64,000 bases of DNA. It comes from Octopus vulgaris (Eukaryota). The stretch is from the NCBI GenBank assembly GCA_951406725.2, contig OX597814.1, positions 21,638,001 through 21,702,000 on the forward strand, in the 5' to 3' direction. Positions within the stretch are counted from its first letter, which is position 1. Every line of letters begins with the position of its first letter. The position numbers and the translations under genes are program-made. Shown here in pieces: positions 1-13,335 of the stretch. The notes beneath the pieces were generated by a model. It saw nothing but the letters and a program-made list of their open reading frames with translations. It was not told the origin of the DNA and ran no database searches.

Positions 1-819
1 TGTGTGTGTGCGCGCGCGCGCGCGTGTGTGTAAATATATATTATACATATATACATACATAAAAATCATACATGTACGTACGTATGTTGTATGTATGCAT
101 GTATGTAAGCAGTGAGCTGTCGAGATAATAGCAAACACTTCTGAGATAATTAACAAGTACTTGTTGAGATAATTAAATTGACAAGTTCGTCATTTACTCT
201 TAAAAATCAACAAATAATGACTCGATTTTTTCCCACTTTCCAGATATATATTATATTATATTAAACTAATTCAATAACTATTAAAAGCAAAGTTTTCAGT
301 TTTAATTTTGAATGTACTATGCAATTGAAATACTTATATAAATATGAATTCGTCTTGACTGTCGTCAGTTATTGCTTTAATTTAACATGTGATAACTTAA
401 TTCGTCACCCGTTTTAACATCGCTGCTTAACACCTTGTATGCATTTAGTGGGGTTCACACCGTTCTAAGCATTCGGATCTGGTTTCCCATTTGAGAATGC
501 CTTTCCATCAGTCTCAGAGGCTTTATGGAGTTGGTGGACAAAGATTTATTAAAAAAAATTACAACGCCCCTTACTTAATACGTCACTTATTTCTTAAAGT
601 TATTTTCAAAGTATTGGTTACTTTTTATTCTTATTATATCGAATTGAAACTACCTGTCAAAAATAAGTGGTTAAATTTGTGAAACAAGGACATGCTGTTA
701 TAGTTCTTGCAGGGCTTGGATACCACATAACAAATCGAAAAGCAACTGAAACGGTAGAAGCTGACCAATCCTACATACACTGAGTAAGTTCAACAAAATA
801 TTTGGCAATAAAAAATTAC

Positions 820-1545
820 TTAGAAAAGGATAGCATCGTCTAGTCTGCTTATTTTGTAATAAATATTTAGCAAATGAAAACACGAAGCCTGCAAAATTAA
901 AACAGCAACTTGATACCATACGTGCTTCCTATCTATGCAAGTAAATTTATACTGCATTTTTTAAATCATGACAGTTAACTGAAATCTTCAAATATACAAA
1001 AACAATATTATTGTTAAAAAATTACTTATTCAAGAAAACCACTTTATTGGTATCATACAAAGCCTCACACGTAACTGCGAAAAGGTAGGAAGTCATACAC
1101 TGTTAGCAAATTATTTGTGCTACTAGTGGTAGGTAAATATCACAGAAGTACCTACGCGAACGAAATAAGAAAAGTTTTACTGTCAAATGATATGATATAT
1201 AAAAGTAACAATAATTAATTTTTGAAAATTACTAAAAGAATCAAAGAAAGTGCTAAACCTGCGATCTTAGTTGGACAAACACGGAAAAATAGATGTGGTT
1301 CATCTGTTGGTAATTGTTAGATATTCGTATAGAATCAGTGTGCATTAGCATGATGCTTCTTCAATTGAATACAGTTCTTTTTAAAGAATTGGTCTAAAAT
1401 AACTACCATCTTTCTTCAACGCGTGCATGCACAGATGGTGCAGCAGCAATGGGGAGAAAAGCTTGGATTTAAAGGTAAAGATTAAATCTGCAAGCAATGC
1501 ACCTTACTACTCTTGTTCATTGCACAAGAACTTATTGTTTTGTCG
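820..1545 (+). mobile_element. Degraded hAT (Buster/Charlie, ZBED5/SCAND3-like) transposase relic
   Basis: Manual translation gives RLVCLFCNKYLANENTKPAKLKQQLDTI (~837-920; cf. CxxCxxxLANESMKPSKLKRHL), KVGKSYTV, LSND and ACTDGAAAMGRK (~1425-1460; CTDGA motif). Interrupted by stops and frameshifts. Confidence 0.75.
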
Positions 1546-2791
1546 ATCTTAATGATCTAATTTCTACAGAGCTTAAAGTTTAATGGTTTGTGACCTTAAA
1601 GGCTTAAAGGTCATAAACCAATTCGTTTGTAAATAAGACGAGAAGACGTTCTGATCAAGGAAACCATAATAAATAGCAAAGTGGGGAGATGGAAGACTAT
1701 TGTGTGACAGATTGCACTTGATTGTTTGCCAATATCATGATAAAAGTACTCCATACGTTAACAATCTAAACAACCTTGAAGGGGTTGGAATCACTGAAGT
1801 TGTTATAATCAATACAGATTAAAAAAATAATTGGTAACATTAAAATTAACTCAACTGATGTCGCTTCTGTGTATAAAATGCTTCATAAACCTTTTAATTT
1901 TCGTTATGAAAAGATATTATCTCCAATTCATATTTTTCTTGTCTTTTATTTGAAATAAATTCCATCTGATTTCCAGAGGTATTTGGCAGTTAGTTGGCAA
2001 ATTTTAATTCCTATTTATAAGTATGAATCTTGCATAATTCCTGTTTAACATTTTTTTTTTTTTTTTTATACCAACAACTGCACATATTTTATCGATTTGT
2101 TCTCTTTGTTGAGAACATACTCGAACTTCTACTATTGATTTTCTACTGAAGTGATAGTTATTCATACATTGGCAAAATAAATGTTTTTCTCTTCATTCTC
2201 TCCTTCCCTTCTTTCTTCCACACTCACCTTCTTTCTTCTGACATCTTGTGTTCTCTCTCTCTCTCTCTCTCTCACACACATAATTTCTTTCACTCTCTCC
2301 GCCACTTTCTCTCCCTCTTTCACATACACTATCTCATTTACTCTGATATCCATCTTTTAGACCCAATTCAGTCTAATACAAAGCTTGTCTAGACGAATTA
2401 CCAATAAATAATTCAAAATATTCTCAATAACGGAGGATAAAAATGAAGCACTGTATATCAATCTCAACAAATCAGCTTCTCATATCTAAACTATTCAGGA
2501 ACTCAGTTCTAGATTTTAATTAAAAATATATTACATGTAATTAATTTTGTATTATATTTCGCACTTACAATATGGTAAGCCTGACTGAAACAAATGGTCA
2601 AAGAATATTGTGCGAAGAACTCAAACAGAATAGAGAAGACGTAGGAAACGGTTTTCTTCTATAACTACAAAAGTACAAGGTATGTTAATCCAGTTTTCAT
2701 ACCGCGAGTATCACGCACACATTTTCAAATATTTATCTTACTTAAAACACACTGTCTTATACACGCACCTGTTTATGTGTATGCATATATA

Positions 2792-4010
2792 CGAGGGTCG
2801 GACGAAAAGTTCATAGGTTGACCAAGATACTTTCATGGAATGAGGCCAAATTAAGCTTATTTTTCAACAGAGCTTTCTCATCGCCCACCCACTGCAGTCG
2901 ACACACTTCTCCCATCGATGTAGCTGTGTTTGAATCTCATTGGTGATGAAGCATTCAGCCTGTTTAGTCAAAAACGTCGTGAACAACAGAATGACGTCAT
3001 CATCATTTCCACACTGATTCCCAGTAAAGGGCTTATTCATGTTGGGGAACAGATGATAGTCAGATAAAACCAAATCAGGAGAATAGGGAGGGCGATCAAC
3101 CAGTTCAAAGCAACTGTCACGCACAGCAGCCACTTAAACCAAGGACTTGTGTTTTGAAGCCTTGTCCTGATGAAACAAGACCCCTTTTATCGGTGTTCTT
3201 GGGCGTTTGGTCTTGGTAGCCTTTTGGTGTGGCCCTTTTCAATATAGTCAATACACACAATGCTTTTTGTATCCCAAAATACTGAAGCCATCACCATCCC
3301 TTCAGATGAAACGACCTTGGCCTTCTTTGGAGCAGGTGAGGAAGGGTGTTTCCATTGCATGGATTGTTTCTTTGTCTCTGGCTCAAATTTATGAGCCCAA
3401 CACTCATTCTGGATTACGAAACATTTAAAGAAATCAGCTGGATGGGCCTGAAATAATGCCAGATTTTCTGTGACGTGATCAGCCTGGTGAGCTTTTGATC
3501 TAAGCAGAAATCTTCGTCCTGCCAAATTCAATGCGCAGAATATTCTCAACTTTCTCATGTTATATGCTAAAAGCATTGGCTATTTATTGTCAATTGCCTA
3601 TCTTCCATGGGGTGAACACGACCAATGCTTTCCTAGGTGATGGAAGTTGCAGAACACCCAGACCTTGAGTCATTTTCCATTCTAAATTCAGTTGCCCACT
3701 TTTGCACTGTTGTTAAAGCTGAAGTGTCATCCCCTTATGTAGCAACCATGTCAGTATGAATGTCGTTGAAGGTTAAACCCTTTGTTTTTTGCTGGTACTT
3801 AATAACTCCACGATCCCAAATTTCGTCCATTTTCAAGAGAATTCGATACTAGTTACATTTGATATTTTCTTTCAACAGTCAGATGCCAGTTTATCTGGAA
3901 AGAAACAATGCAGTTATTAATAATAAGAGTTGAAATTAATTGATGTAAGATTTCACAGCAGTAGCCTCACTCCTTCATAGTCAGTCTATTAACTTTTCAG
4001 CTCCACCTAG
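2792..4010 (-). mobile_element. Full-length decayed mariner (DD34D) element
   Basis: Imperfect ~28-bp TIRs (CGAGGGTCGGACGAAAAGTTCATAGG / CAGTCTATTAACTTTTCAGCTCCACCTAG) flanked by TA. ORF pieces WKHPSSPAPKKAK..MVMASVFWD, GVLFHQDKASKH and PPYSPDLVLSDYHLFPNM. Confidence 0.9.
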
Positions 4011-4068
4011 TATGTGTACTTATATGTGAGTATGATTTTACACACACACTAACATACGCGCGCGCATA

Positions 4069-4878
4069 CAGGGTGCTCAGACTAATTTTGCCAGTTTGCA
4101 TAAAAGGTAAAGAAAACAAATAACATCGAAAAATAAAAAGTATTTTTAAAAATCAACAAATATCTACTAGATTATGGCTGGGAGATAACAATTTACTCCT
4201 CGTCCACCACAGCCTCAAAACGGCTCCAGTACCTGATGCAAGCGTTTCTCACTGGGAAGACCTTCGAACACCTCCTGGACCTTGACCACCAGCACTGGTG
4301 TTGCAAGCAAAGTGATTGATATCGTTCTCAACCGCACCCCGCTGGGTCCAGTGAAGTCGTAGAAATTCTCCAGCAAGCACTTCTGACTCTTTCCGAGGTA
4401 TAGCAAAGAGTCAAATCCTGCTGCCATACATATGACTTTCCAGCAACAACCCTCTTCAGCCAAGATTTGACCACTGTCTCCAGCAGATTCACTTAACTGT
4501 CTGACTTAAGTCTAAGGCCCTGTTCAAATATGTGAGAATGTATTCTGGTAAGTGGATGCTGTAAGAACACATGCCCTGTCCCTTCCTGCTGGCCACGGTT
4601 CGTAGTCTCTGTTTCAGCTGTTCATGTCACATCATACAGATTTCACAGTGTTTATATAACACTGAGCAATTTTCATGATGTCAGCAATTTGATATCCGGC
4701 ACGAATCGTCATGACACAGGCAACATATTCCAATATCCACATGGCTTCCAGTCCTTCATGTCAGCTAACTGTTTCTCAACTGTAACTTTAATCTTTATGC
4801 TTTGCAGTGCCGTTGACAGTTCACCAGTATATCAAGGACATTTTAAAAAAAACATTCAAATTTAGCTCAAATACCCTG
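4069..4878 (-). mobile_element. Internally deleted Tc1/mariner element, maT (DD37D)-like
   Basis: TA-flanked TIRs CAGGGTGCTCAGACTAATTTTG / CAAATTTAGCTCAAATACCCTG. Minus-strand translation LLETVVKSWLKRVVAGKSYVWQQD..KSQKCLLENFYDF resembles maT transposases. Confidence 0.75.
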
Positions 4879-5379
4879 TACATATATTGTAAGTGTGATA
4901 TGTGTGTGTGTGTGTGTGCATGCACATGTGAGTGTATACATACATACACATACATGTATATATATACTTGTATATATATGCATGTATGTTTATATGCATA
5001 TATATGCACAGTTTTTTGTATTTATATTCGCGTGGCATCGTCCGTTTTTCTGTCCTCGTTTCGTATACATTCGATCCTTTTTCCAAGAAATCTAATGCTC
5101 GTAGCTTAGTTTTTCCTTGGGGCTGGCCGGATCGGAGCGATCTCAAGATTAATCAGCCGAAATTGCGAGGATGATCCGTGTTTTTTGTATCGTCTTCTAA
5201 ATGTTTTACGTTCTTGTCCCAGTTTGTATTTTTCTACATATAATACCTATAGCGGCGCCCGTACCCTCTTTGGCCTTGTATGTAAGTACATATTCCTTTA
5301 AATTTGGTACGACTCTATAACACTGTCTCTCTCTCCTACATTTCTCTGCCTTTCACACTTTGCACTCTACTTTGATCTG

Positions 5380-5420
<41 letters not shown>

Positions 5421-5559
5421 CTCCTCCTCCTATATGTGTGTATGTGCATATTGTGTATACGCATATTCATATGCTTGTTGGCGGAGTTAAAGTGATAGTT
5501 ATTTGTTATTTTAATATCTTATGATTCTTGTTTTGGAATAAACTCTTATGAAACTATAT

Positions 5560-6595
5560 TCGCGTAAAACACTATTTTGAAGTGCGAATTTCGATCTCTT
5601 AATCAATGCTAATGGTTTTGCTTTCCCTGTTTATTGTCTTGTTTATTTTAGACTGTCAAACTGAAGATGGAAACAAACAGATTCAGACGAAATAGAAATG
5701 AAAAGCTTCGGAAACTGTTCACAGTAGAATCGAAGTATTTGGTCACGATATCGTCAACAAATATACAGATCAATAATTGTTCTAAAGTTTCATAGTGGAG
5801 AAAAGAGCCTTAAGTATGTAGAAAGTTGTGATCGACATTCTATGGATGACAACGATGTGTTGAGGGGCTTTATCGAAACAGACCTACGAAAACAACTCGG
5901 AAGGTTGTAGAATAGCTCGAGTTGTTTAATATGTGCTTCACGTTACAAAATCAAAAATACATGAGAACTGAGTACTGTTGGAGTTGAACAAAAAATTCTT
6001 TAAAATCGTTGTTAAGCAATTTCCTCTACACCCTTTACGCAACAGAAATAACCTATTTTTTTCACTTTACTGTAGCATGTAACAAAAATTTGATGTTTTC
6101 AACAGCTGATGGTGTCCGCACAGAAACAAGAAACAAACACTTAACAAAATCAACGCTACTTCAAAGGAACGCCATAGTCACTCTCTGGTGGTCGTCAAGT
6201 GAAATCATCCGCAGTTATTTCTTGATTCCTGTCGAAAATCGACAAAATGCACTCAGAATTACAACGTTTTAATTGAAAGAACCAATTCTTTTCCACTACA
6301 ACGCTTGAGTACATGCTTCACAAATGACTCGGTAAAAATTAAACGAAATTGATTACGGAACGCAACATCAAATTCACCACCTAACTGCAGAATTCGGTTC
6401 GACCGACTGCCGCTTTTATAAACATCTCAGTGACTTTCTTCAAAAGAAAGTCCTCGACAACCAAGCAACAGCTCAATGCGCTTTCAAAGAATTCATCAAT
6501 AGCAGGAATCCAGAATTGTATGCTATGGGAATATATTTCTTTTCACTGGCAAAAATATGTCGATTCTAATGGTCCAATATTACTCAAAGGTTTTA
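5560..6595 (+). mobile_element. Highly decayed mariner transposase relic
   Basis: AIVTLWWSSSEIIRSYFL and PILFHYNA*VHASQMTR*KLNEIDYG match mariner VTVWW..GIIH and PILLHDNARPH..TLQKLNELGYE. Confidence 0.7.
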
Positions 6596-6899
6596 TAAAT
6601 GTGTGTGTGTGCGTGCATGTGTGTGTGTGTGTGTGAATGTGTGTTTGTATATGTGTTTGTGTGTATGTGTGTGTGTGTATGTGTGTGTGTGTGCGTGTTT
6701 ATATATATATATTTTTTTATCTAGTTTCAGCTCACGAGCTGTGGCCATGCTGGGGCACCGCCATTTATATATATAAAATTATATATATATAAATATATAT
6801 ATATAAAATTATATATATATAAATACTGAAATAATTTTAAAATATTAGAAAGCATCAGCTGTCAGTATGAGCTATAAAAAAGTAAACATTCTTTCCATA

Positions 6900-8510
6900 A
6901 TATTTTATCAATGTGAGAAAACAAGGGTGATGAGGTTCCTGGGGAAACATTGCTCTATTTGCTATCCGATGATCAGAGAAGACAAATTCACATTTGGAAC
7001 TTGAAAAAAAATCTTGCATAGTTTTACTGTTCCATTCACAGATTGCACTTGTAATGTACGAATTAGCCGGTCGATTTCTTTTTCTGAAAATCCCAGTTTA
7101 TCCTGATTCTCCTTTAAGCATTTACTAACAAAACCGAGTACTCCAATTATTATTTGTATGAATATGAATTCATATTCTGGATATTGAAGCTGAAGGTTTC
7201 GAAGCAGTTGTCCATAGATATCCTCTTTTCCTTTGATTTTTAAAGAGATATTTATATCTGCAGAGCAGCTGAACTCTATGACGGTACATACCTTTTCCCC
7301 TCTGTCCCAAACAACAATATCCGGCTTCTTTATGCTTACATTTGACAGAGGTTTTGATGGGAATATTCCACTAGTATTCTTTCGATGGGAATATTCCACT
7401 AGTATTCCTTGAGTTTCTGAATGTATTCCATAACAGAGGAATTTTTTGTAAGTTTCTTTCAGGACAGTCTTTTTGCAGATAGCATTGTAAATTGCTTTAA
7501 CAACAACATCTTGCCACATAGGGAGGAAGTACCGTTGCGAAATTTTAGGACAGCTGCTAATCACATGCATGATGTCTTCCACACAAACATGACATAACCT
7601 ACACATTCGGTTGCACTTTGGGATTACAAGAGCGTCACTGTCTCCCTTTTTCACCAGGTACTTTGTGGCAGTCCCCGTTCCTCGATTGCAAACGCATAAC
7701 CTTCAAAAAGTGATGTGATGTAGCGGTCTTGTGTCCAAGAGAGGTTGCGCTTCGTGTCACTTCTACTTCTTCGAGCTTCCGGGAAACATACCTATGCATA
7801 GTCTTTTTTTTTTTTTTTTTGTATGCTGAGTGCTTTCCTTCCAGGTCTTCTCTGAGGTAGCGAACCCAGCTGACTTGGGGCTGTATAGAAGTTCATCAGG
7901 AAGAGATTGCTCCTTGAGGTGCTCGTTGCCAAATTGTACAATGTTGCTCACTTCATTTTTCAGCGCTGCATTTATATATTTATTTTTGCTGCTGTTGTTT
8001 AGCAGGTGCTGCCTGAGTGACACCGTACGGCATTCGAAGGCCGTCTGCACTGATCTCACATTCATTTCTTCTTGTCAACATCATTGTTTCTGCGGAAGTT
8101 CCCAGTTGTTGTCAGGATTTTGCGGGTCTTGATACCTATGGAGTGGACTTACTCTACAGACCAATCAAGTAGCCCAAATGTTGAGATCAGCACTGGTACT
8201 GAAAATGCATTGCGGGATTTTTTTTTTTTTTTTTTTGTAAGAGGAGAATTCCGACTGCCATATTTTCGTAAGTCTGGTATAATATTCTCGGCTCACTTTA
8301 TGTTTATTCACAGTGTCTTCATATGATACATTTTCGTCTATCTCTGTGTACTTGTAATGTTCTTTGTGTGGAATGGTGGAGATAGAGAGACCGTTGATGC
8401 ATAGGTTTTGGGTTTTTTGGCATTGATAACACTTTTAGCATAAATCTTCAGGTCGTCTACAAAGAAATTATGAGTTACATTGATATTTCTAGCAGTTGAA
8501 GATCCTAGTG
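6900..8510 (-). mobile_element. R4/Dong-type non-LTR retrotransposon (RLE endonuclease), 5'-truncated and decayed
   Basis: RT remnant HNFFVDDLK (8338..8574), CCHC knuckle CRLCHVCVEDIMHVISSC and RLE motif KPDIVVWDR..VIEFSC..K..K..Y (6962..7654). Confidence 0.85.
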
Positions 8511-8699
8511 TGCTTACATACATGTGCATATACACATATATACATACACTCCACCCACACACACATACATACATCTACCTACATATCTACATAACAGCCT
8601 ACTAACTTTTCTACTCTAACTCTGTAAACTGTGAGTATGGGGGTATGATATCTACTATGTATATTTCCTATTTAGTATTGGTGAAGTTTCATTTATAAA

Positions 8700-8975
8700 T
8701 ACATTCAGACGTACTCCCGTATTTGTCTGAGTGTTGGTTCTTTTGGGTGTTTGGATAAGATGGGGATGTCAAGTTGACCCAGGTTGCCTCCATATTGGTA
8801 TTTCGGCATGTTGGTAGAGTATGGAGGACTGGTTTTGTCGTCATATTGTCTCAGATGTTCATTTAGTTATTCCGCAATCCTCCTAGATATCTCCCCTGTG
8901 TATATCATGTTCATGTCTTTACAAGCACCTTCTATGCATCTTATTCGGTAAACTACATTTCTATTGTACAATTAC
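8700..8975 (-). mobile_element. Penelope-like element fragment (GIY-YIG endonuclease)
   Basis: Minus-strand translation NVVYRIRCIEGACKDMNMIYTGEISRRIAE*LNEHLRQ matches the PLE GIY-YIG consensus (VVY..C..C...YIGETxR.L..R..EH). Confidence 0.7.
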
Positions 8976-9019
8976 TCCAAGGTCTCTGGTGTTGTTGGAT
9001 GACACTAGGGATCTATAGG

Positions 9020-9102
9020 GAAAGATACCGCCTCAAGGTGCCATGCAGTGAGACTGAACCTGGAACCATGTGGTTGGGTAACAAACTTCTTACTACACAG
9101 CC

Positions 9103-9103
<1 letters not shown>
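9020..9103 (-). mobile_element. tRNA-derived SINE head fragment (family A)
   Basis: Reverse complement of the GGCTGTGTGGTAAG..GGTTCAGTCCCACTGC head seen in the full copies at 20844, 37501 and 51590. Confidence 0.75.
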
Positions 9104-9133
<30 letters not shown>

Positions 9134-9739
9134 CGTACGTATGTAGCAATGTATGTAACAACTGCATCGAAAATTTTATGTGGTGTTAAATTTTATCAAT
9201 TTAAGACAACACAAAAACTGTTATATTCACCGTTCGTTTATTTCTTTTAAGTGTCAAAATTATCATTGCACATTTACGACTTAGTAACTTTAGAACTGTG
9301 TAGGTGGCCAGGTCACATAAGTTCGACGGAAACATTTACATGTCAAGAAAGAGACGATGATTGAATATAACAGATTTTTTAAAATTCGTTAATAAGCTTA
9401 AATGGCTCCCATACGTGATGTTATATTTGAGATTTAAAAAACACCTGCAGAGCAAGTAATACCCCAAATTACATATATTTGCATATGAATGACTAAATGT
9501 GTGTGTGTACTCACATGTATGCATATATGTATGCGTTTGTGTAGCACAGGGCTTCATTGCGTCCACAACTACAATTTCTATAATAAAATTCGAAAATCAT
9601 TTCACAGAAAGTGCAAGCTTTCTTCTTTTCTTTCCCTTTCGTTTTAGTTTCTATATATTCTTTTATACTTCCTTCCAAGACAATAATATCCACTCCCCCG
9701 TAGTAAGCTTATTTATATATTTATATTTTTGTATTCAAA

Positions 9740-9990
9740 GCGCATTGCCCAGTGGTAGGAGCGTCGGGCTCACAGTCAGGAGCTAGTGAGTTCGATTGCC
9801 ACACCGAGCTGTGTGTTGTGTTCTTGAGCAACACATTTTATTTCACCTTGCCCCTGTTCACTCAGCTGTAGAAATGAGGAGGTTGGTATGCATGGACGAC
9901 TACTGGTCTTCCATAAGCAATCTTGCTCGGACTTCTGCTTCAGAGGGTAACTTTCCAGGTACAATCCTGTTGTGGAAGGATTCCGATCAC
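9740..9990 (+). mobile_element. tRNA-derived SINE (family B, CORE-like body)
   Basis: A-box/B-box-like head (CAGTGGTAGG..GAGTTCGATT) followed by TTGTGTTCTTGAGCAACACA..TTCACTCAGCTG. Homologous to the copies at 22345 and 58839. Confidence 0.65.
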
Positions 9991-10005
9991 CTCCATTTAA
10001 CTAAA

Positions 10006-10204
10006 TGTAGACTGACTTATTATTATGAAGCAAAGAAGTGTGAGTGGTTGGCAGTTCGTGTTGGTAGCTGTTCACTGTGAGCCTTTGATAGAGCGGTGAG
10101 TCTCTTGTATTAGTTGCAGTAGTGCGTCGTGTATATACTTTCTCCTCCCCCACCCGTTTCGTTATATTATATATCCAATACAAGGATATAAAAGTGGCGA
10201 CGAG
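10006..10204 (+). mobile_element. Putative 5' LTR and primer-binding site (TGGCGACGAG) of a Mag/Gypsy retrotransposon
   Basis: PBS-like TGGCGACGAG at 10195-10204, which is directly upstream of gag once the 10205-11795 insertion is removed. The left LTR boundary is uncertain. Confidence 0.55.
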
Positions 10205-11410
10205 GGATCTTTTCCTTTTGATGGACGGAATTCAACACAATTTCTAGTTAACTAAACAATTTGAAACTTCGTATACTGGTAGAATATGTCAAAAGAAAAC
10301 ATTATTTTCACTAAGCGTTTTTGAGAAAATTGTAATTTGTAAGTTTAACGTAGTTTAATTTTTCGAATTTTAACCAATCATATGCTCTCTTTTGAGCTCA
10401 AATCATTTGCTGCGTTATCGATATTGATAAACAAACGAGGAGGCATGTGCTAGAAATAACAGCCATATCTCTTAAATATCAATAGGAAAAGATCCCCACG
10501 CATACAAACACTTGCATATACAAGCGCGCCTGCATATAGAAGTAAATATACATACACACGCACACATGCACACACAGACAAGTATACGTATACATACACA
10601 AAGATACATGCTTATACGTAAATACGCACGCTGCATACACACACACACATATATTCAGATACATACACACGTACACTTGCACATACACACACACTCTCTC
10701 TCTCTCTCTCTCTCTCTTTAAACACATGCATATACATTTGCACAAGCACATAGTAATTAATATATAAGCGTACACACACATACAAACGTACACACACATA
10801 CAAACAGAGATATACATACACACACACATAGGTACACAAGCATACATACACGTTCGTGAGTTCGCCTGGTGTCGATAGAATCGACTTAATACTTCTTAAT
10901 ACTTTTGTATCTCATGCTTTGTCCCCTATGTGTTTTGCCCCTTGCCGGAACAAATTTACACAAAAGGTAAATAAACCAGAAATGGGGGGGGGTGTCAATG
11001 TTTCATCGTTTCGGGGTCGATAAATTAAGTATCAATTACGCACTGGTGTCGAGGATTTTTTTCCCAATTTATATCACAGCCTCCGACAAGCTGGGGTATC
11101 CTTTTATGAAAAAGTATTTCGCAAATTTTTACAATACGACCCACATTCCACGCGCACCCTCATATCCCACTCTAGACCGATTTAGGCATATTATTGTTTT
11201 GTTTTTGTTGTTTTTGGCCCTTCAAAACCATGGGAGAAGCCTTTTCGGTAAAAAAAAATAAAGAAAATATTCAAAAAATATCGTTAATATTTTTATTGGG
11301 CGACGAAATTCATCGATTTAAGAGATATGGCTGTTATTTCTAGCACATTCCTCCTCGTTTGTTTATCAATATCGATGAGCGAGACAGACAGAAGAGAGAA
11401 GGATAAATAA

Positions 11411-11459
<49 letters not shown>

Positions 11460-11514
11460 GTGTGTGTGTGTTTGTGTGTGTGCGCGTGTGTGTATGTGCG
11501 TGTATGTGCGTGTT

Positions 11515-11546
<32 letters not shown>

Positions 11547-11795
11547 CAGTTTACGTTGTAACAGGATATTGTCTGAGTTTTTAGACGCAGCAAATGATTT
11601 GAGCTCAAATGCTGGCAATTCATTGGTTAAAATTCAAAGAATTAAACTACGTTAAACTTACAAATTATAAATTTATCAAAAAAGCCAAGTGAAAATAATG
11701 TTTTCTTTTGACACATTCTACCAGTATACGAAGTTTCAAATTGTTTAGTTAACTAGAAATTGTGTTGAATTCCGTCCATCAAAAGGAAAAGATCC
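10205..11795. mobile_element. Non-autonomous long-TIR DNA transposon (MULE/Merlin-like) with 8-bp TSD
   Basis: ~210-bp TIRs (GGATCTTTTCCTTTTGATGGACGG.. at 10205-10414 and 11586-11795), an inner ~60-bp IR pair (10417-10478 / 11316-11376) and TSD GCGACGAG at 10197-10204 and 11796-11803. No transposase inside. Confidence 0.9.
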
Positions 11796-11803
11796 GCGAC
11801 GAG

Positions 11804-13115
11804 TTCTTTGAAGTTAACGTTGGACGTTTAAATTTTTTCTTTTTGGTACGAAACCAAAGAAAAATCGTTTTAACAAGAACTTATTGACTTCCGTGGCACA
11901 GTTGCAACAGCAACAGTTGGTACGGCAACATTTGCAGCAGCAACTACAGCAGTAATAACAACAAAACCAACATTTGCTGGAATTAATGTTAAAAGAAGTC
12001 TGAAAATGCTTCAAGTTCGTACTCGCCAGACAGCGTAGCAAACACAATTGGAGAATTCAAATACAACCTAGCGGAAGGTATTATCTTCTCTTCATATTTT
12101 CGTAGATACGGAGAAATCTTTAAAGGAGAGTGTAAAAGCTGGTCCGAAGAGAAAGAAGTACAATTACTTTTAAGAAAGTTATCCCCTGCTGAACACGAAA
12201 AACGTAGTAATTATATTCTGCCGAAGAAGCCAGTTGAGATTTGTTTCGGTGAAACAATATTTTATCGAAAATTTTCAATGATTGAAGTTCCCTGTTCAAT
12301 ACTCGCTGGCAACGTTTAAATTTGGTCAAAAAAGATGAGGAAGATTTCTTCACCTATGCCGGAGTAGTTAGCGGAGAGTGTGAGAAATTCAAATTGAATG
12401 AGTTGACCCTGGACATGTTCAAGTCTTTAATTTTTGTTCAAGGGCTTACTGCAAGCAAAGATGCAAGTATACGTTCCCGGATATTAACAAAATTAGAACA
12501 GGACCACAAATTAACTTTGCAGGTAATAGCAGAAGAACGTCAGAGGATTATTAATCTACGATATGACGCAAATAAAACTGAAAAGAAAGATTGTTGAGAT
12601 TCAAGCGTGTCGTCCGGTAACGAATAAGGAAAAGAGACAAAAATAATATCAAGACTGAATCCATGCTATGGGTGCGGTGGTCTACATTTTAAAAATAACT
12701 GAACGTTTAAAAATGTAAAACGCTATGAGTGTAGTAAAATAGACCATAAAATGTCGCATTGTAGGACAGAACCTAAAAAACGATTCAACAGAAAAAAGTC
12801 ACATAAACGTATTATCGTTGACAAAAAATACGAACGAGTCTCAAAGAAAATGTGTGTGTGTGTGTGTAAAAATTAATAACACAAACGTAAAGTTACAATT
12901 GGATACATGCAGTGACATCTCAATAATTAAAACATACATGGAAAAGATCGGGAGACCTAAATTAAATGAAACCTCGAAATTTGCCCGTGGTGTTTCAGGA
13001 AAAAAAAAAAATTTAAGGGCGAATTGGTAAGTAACATTACATTTCGTGAAAACAAACTTAAAGGCTAAAGTTTTTGTGTTAAATAGTACCACAAACTTGT
13101 GCGGCACTGACATTC
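11804..13115 (+). mobile_element. Mag/Gypsy LTR-retrotransposon gag-protease relic (K02A2.6-like)
   Basis: Gln-rich start, IGEFKYNLAEGIIFSSYFRRY, FFTYAGVVSGECEKFKL..IFVQGL, a double zinc knuckle CYGCGGLH..RYECSKIDHKMSHC (~12664-12762) and protease VKLQLDTCSDISII. Truncated before RT. Confidence 0.85.
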
Positions 13116-13119
13116 TACC

Positions 13120-13335
13120 AGTACTCCTTCTTATTATGAATAGCTACGGCTTCTACCATATTCTTTGGCGTAAGTATCATCTTTCCGACAGATTTTGTTA
13201 TACAGAGGAGAAACAATTAGTTATTTATGGATATGTTGCTAGCCTGGTTTGCGTTTTCTTTCTTGTTACAACCATATAGCAACATTTATCCTGACCAAAC
13301 TCCAACTTCATATATCCAATGAGAATACCGTAACC
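13120..13335 (-). mobile_element. Small deleted R4/Dong-like fragment
   Basis: Minus-strand MKLEFGQDKCCY (cf. GMEFGLDKCA) joined to HNKKEYW*NV (cf. the EYWWNIPIKT segment before the RLE domain). Confidence 0.45.

Noticed and set aside
1585-1620. Short hairpin TGGTTTGTGACCTT..AAGGTCATAAACCA
   Set aside because: Too short to interpret, and a bacterial-type terminator is irrelevant in this context.
2560-2685. Possible exon ending in an AAG|GTATGT donor
   Set aside because: No recognisable coding content or partner exon. The motif is expected by chance.
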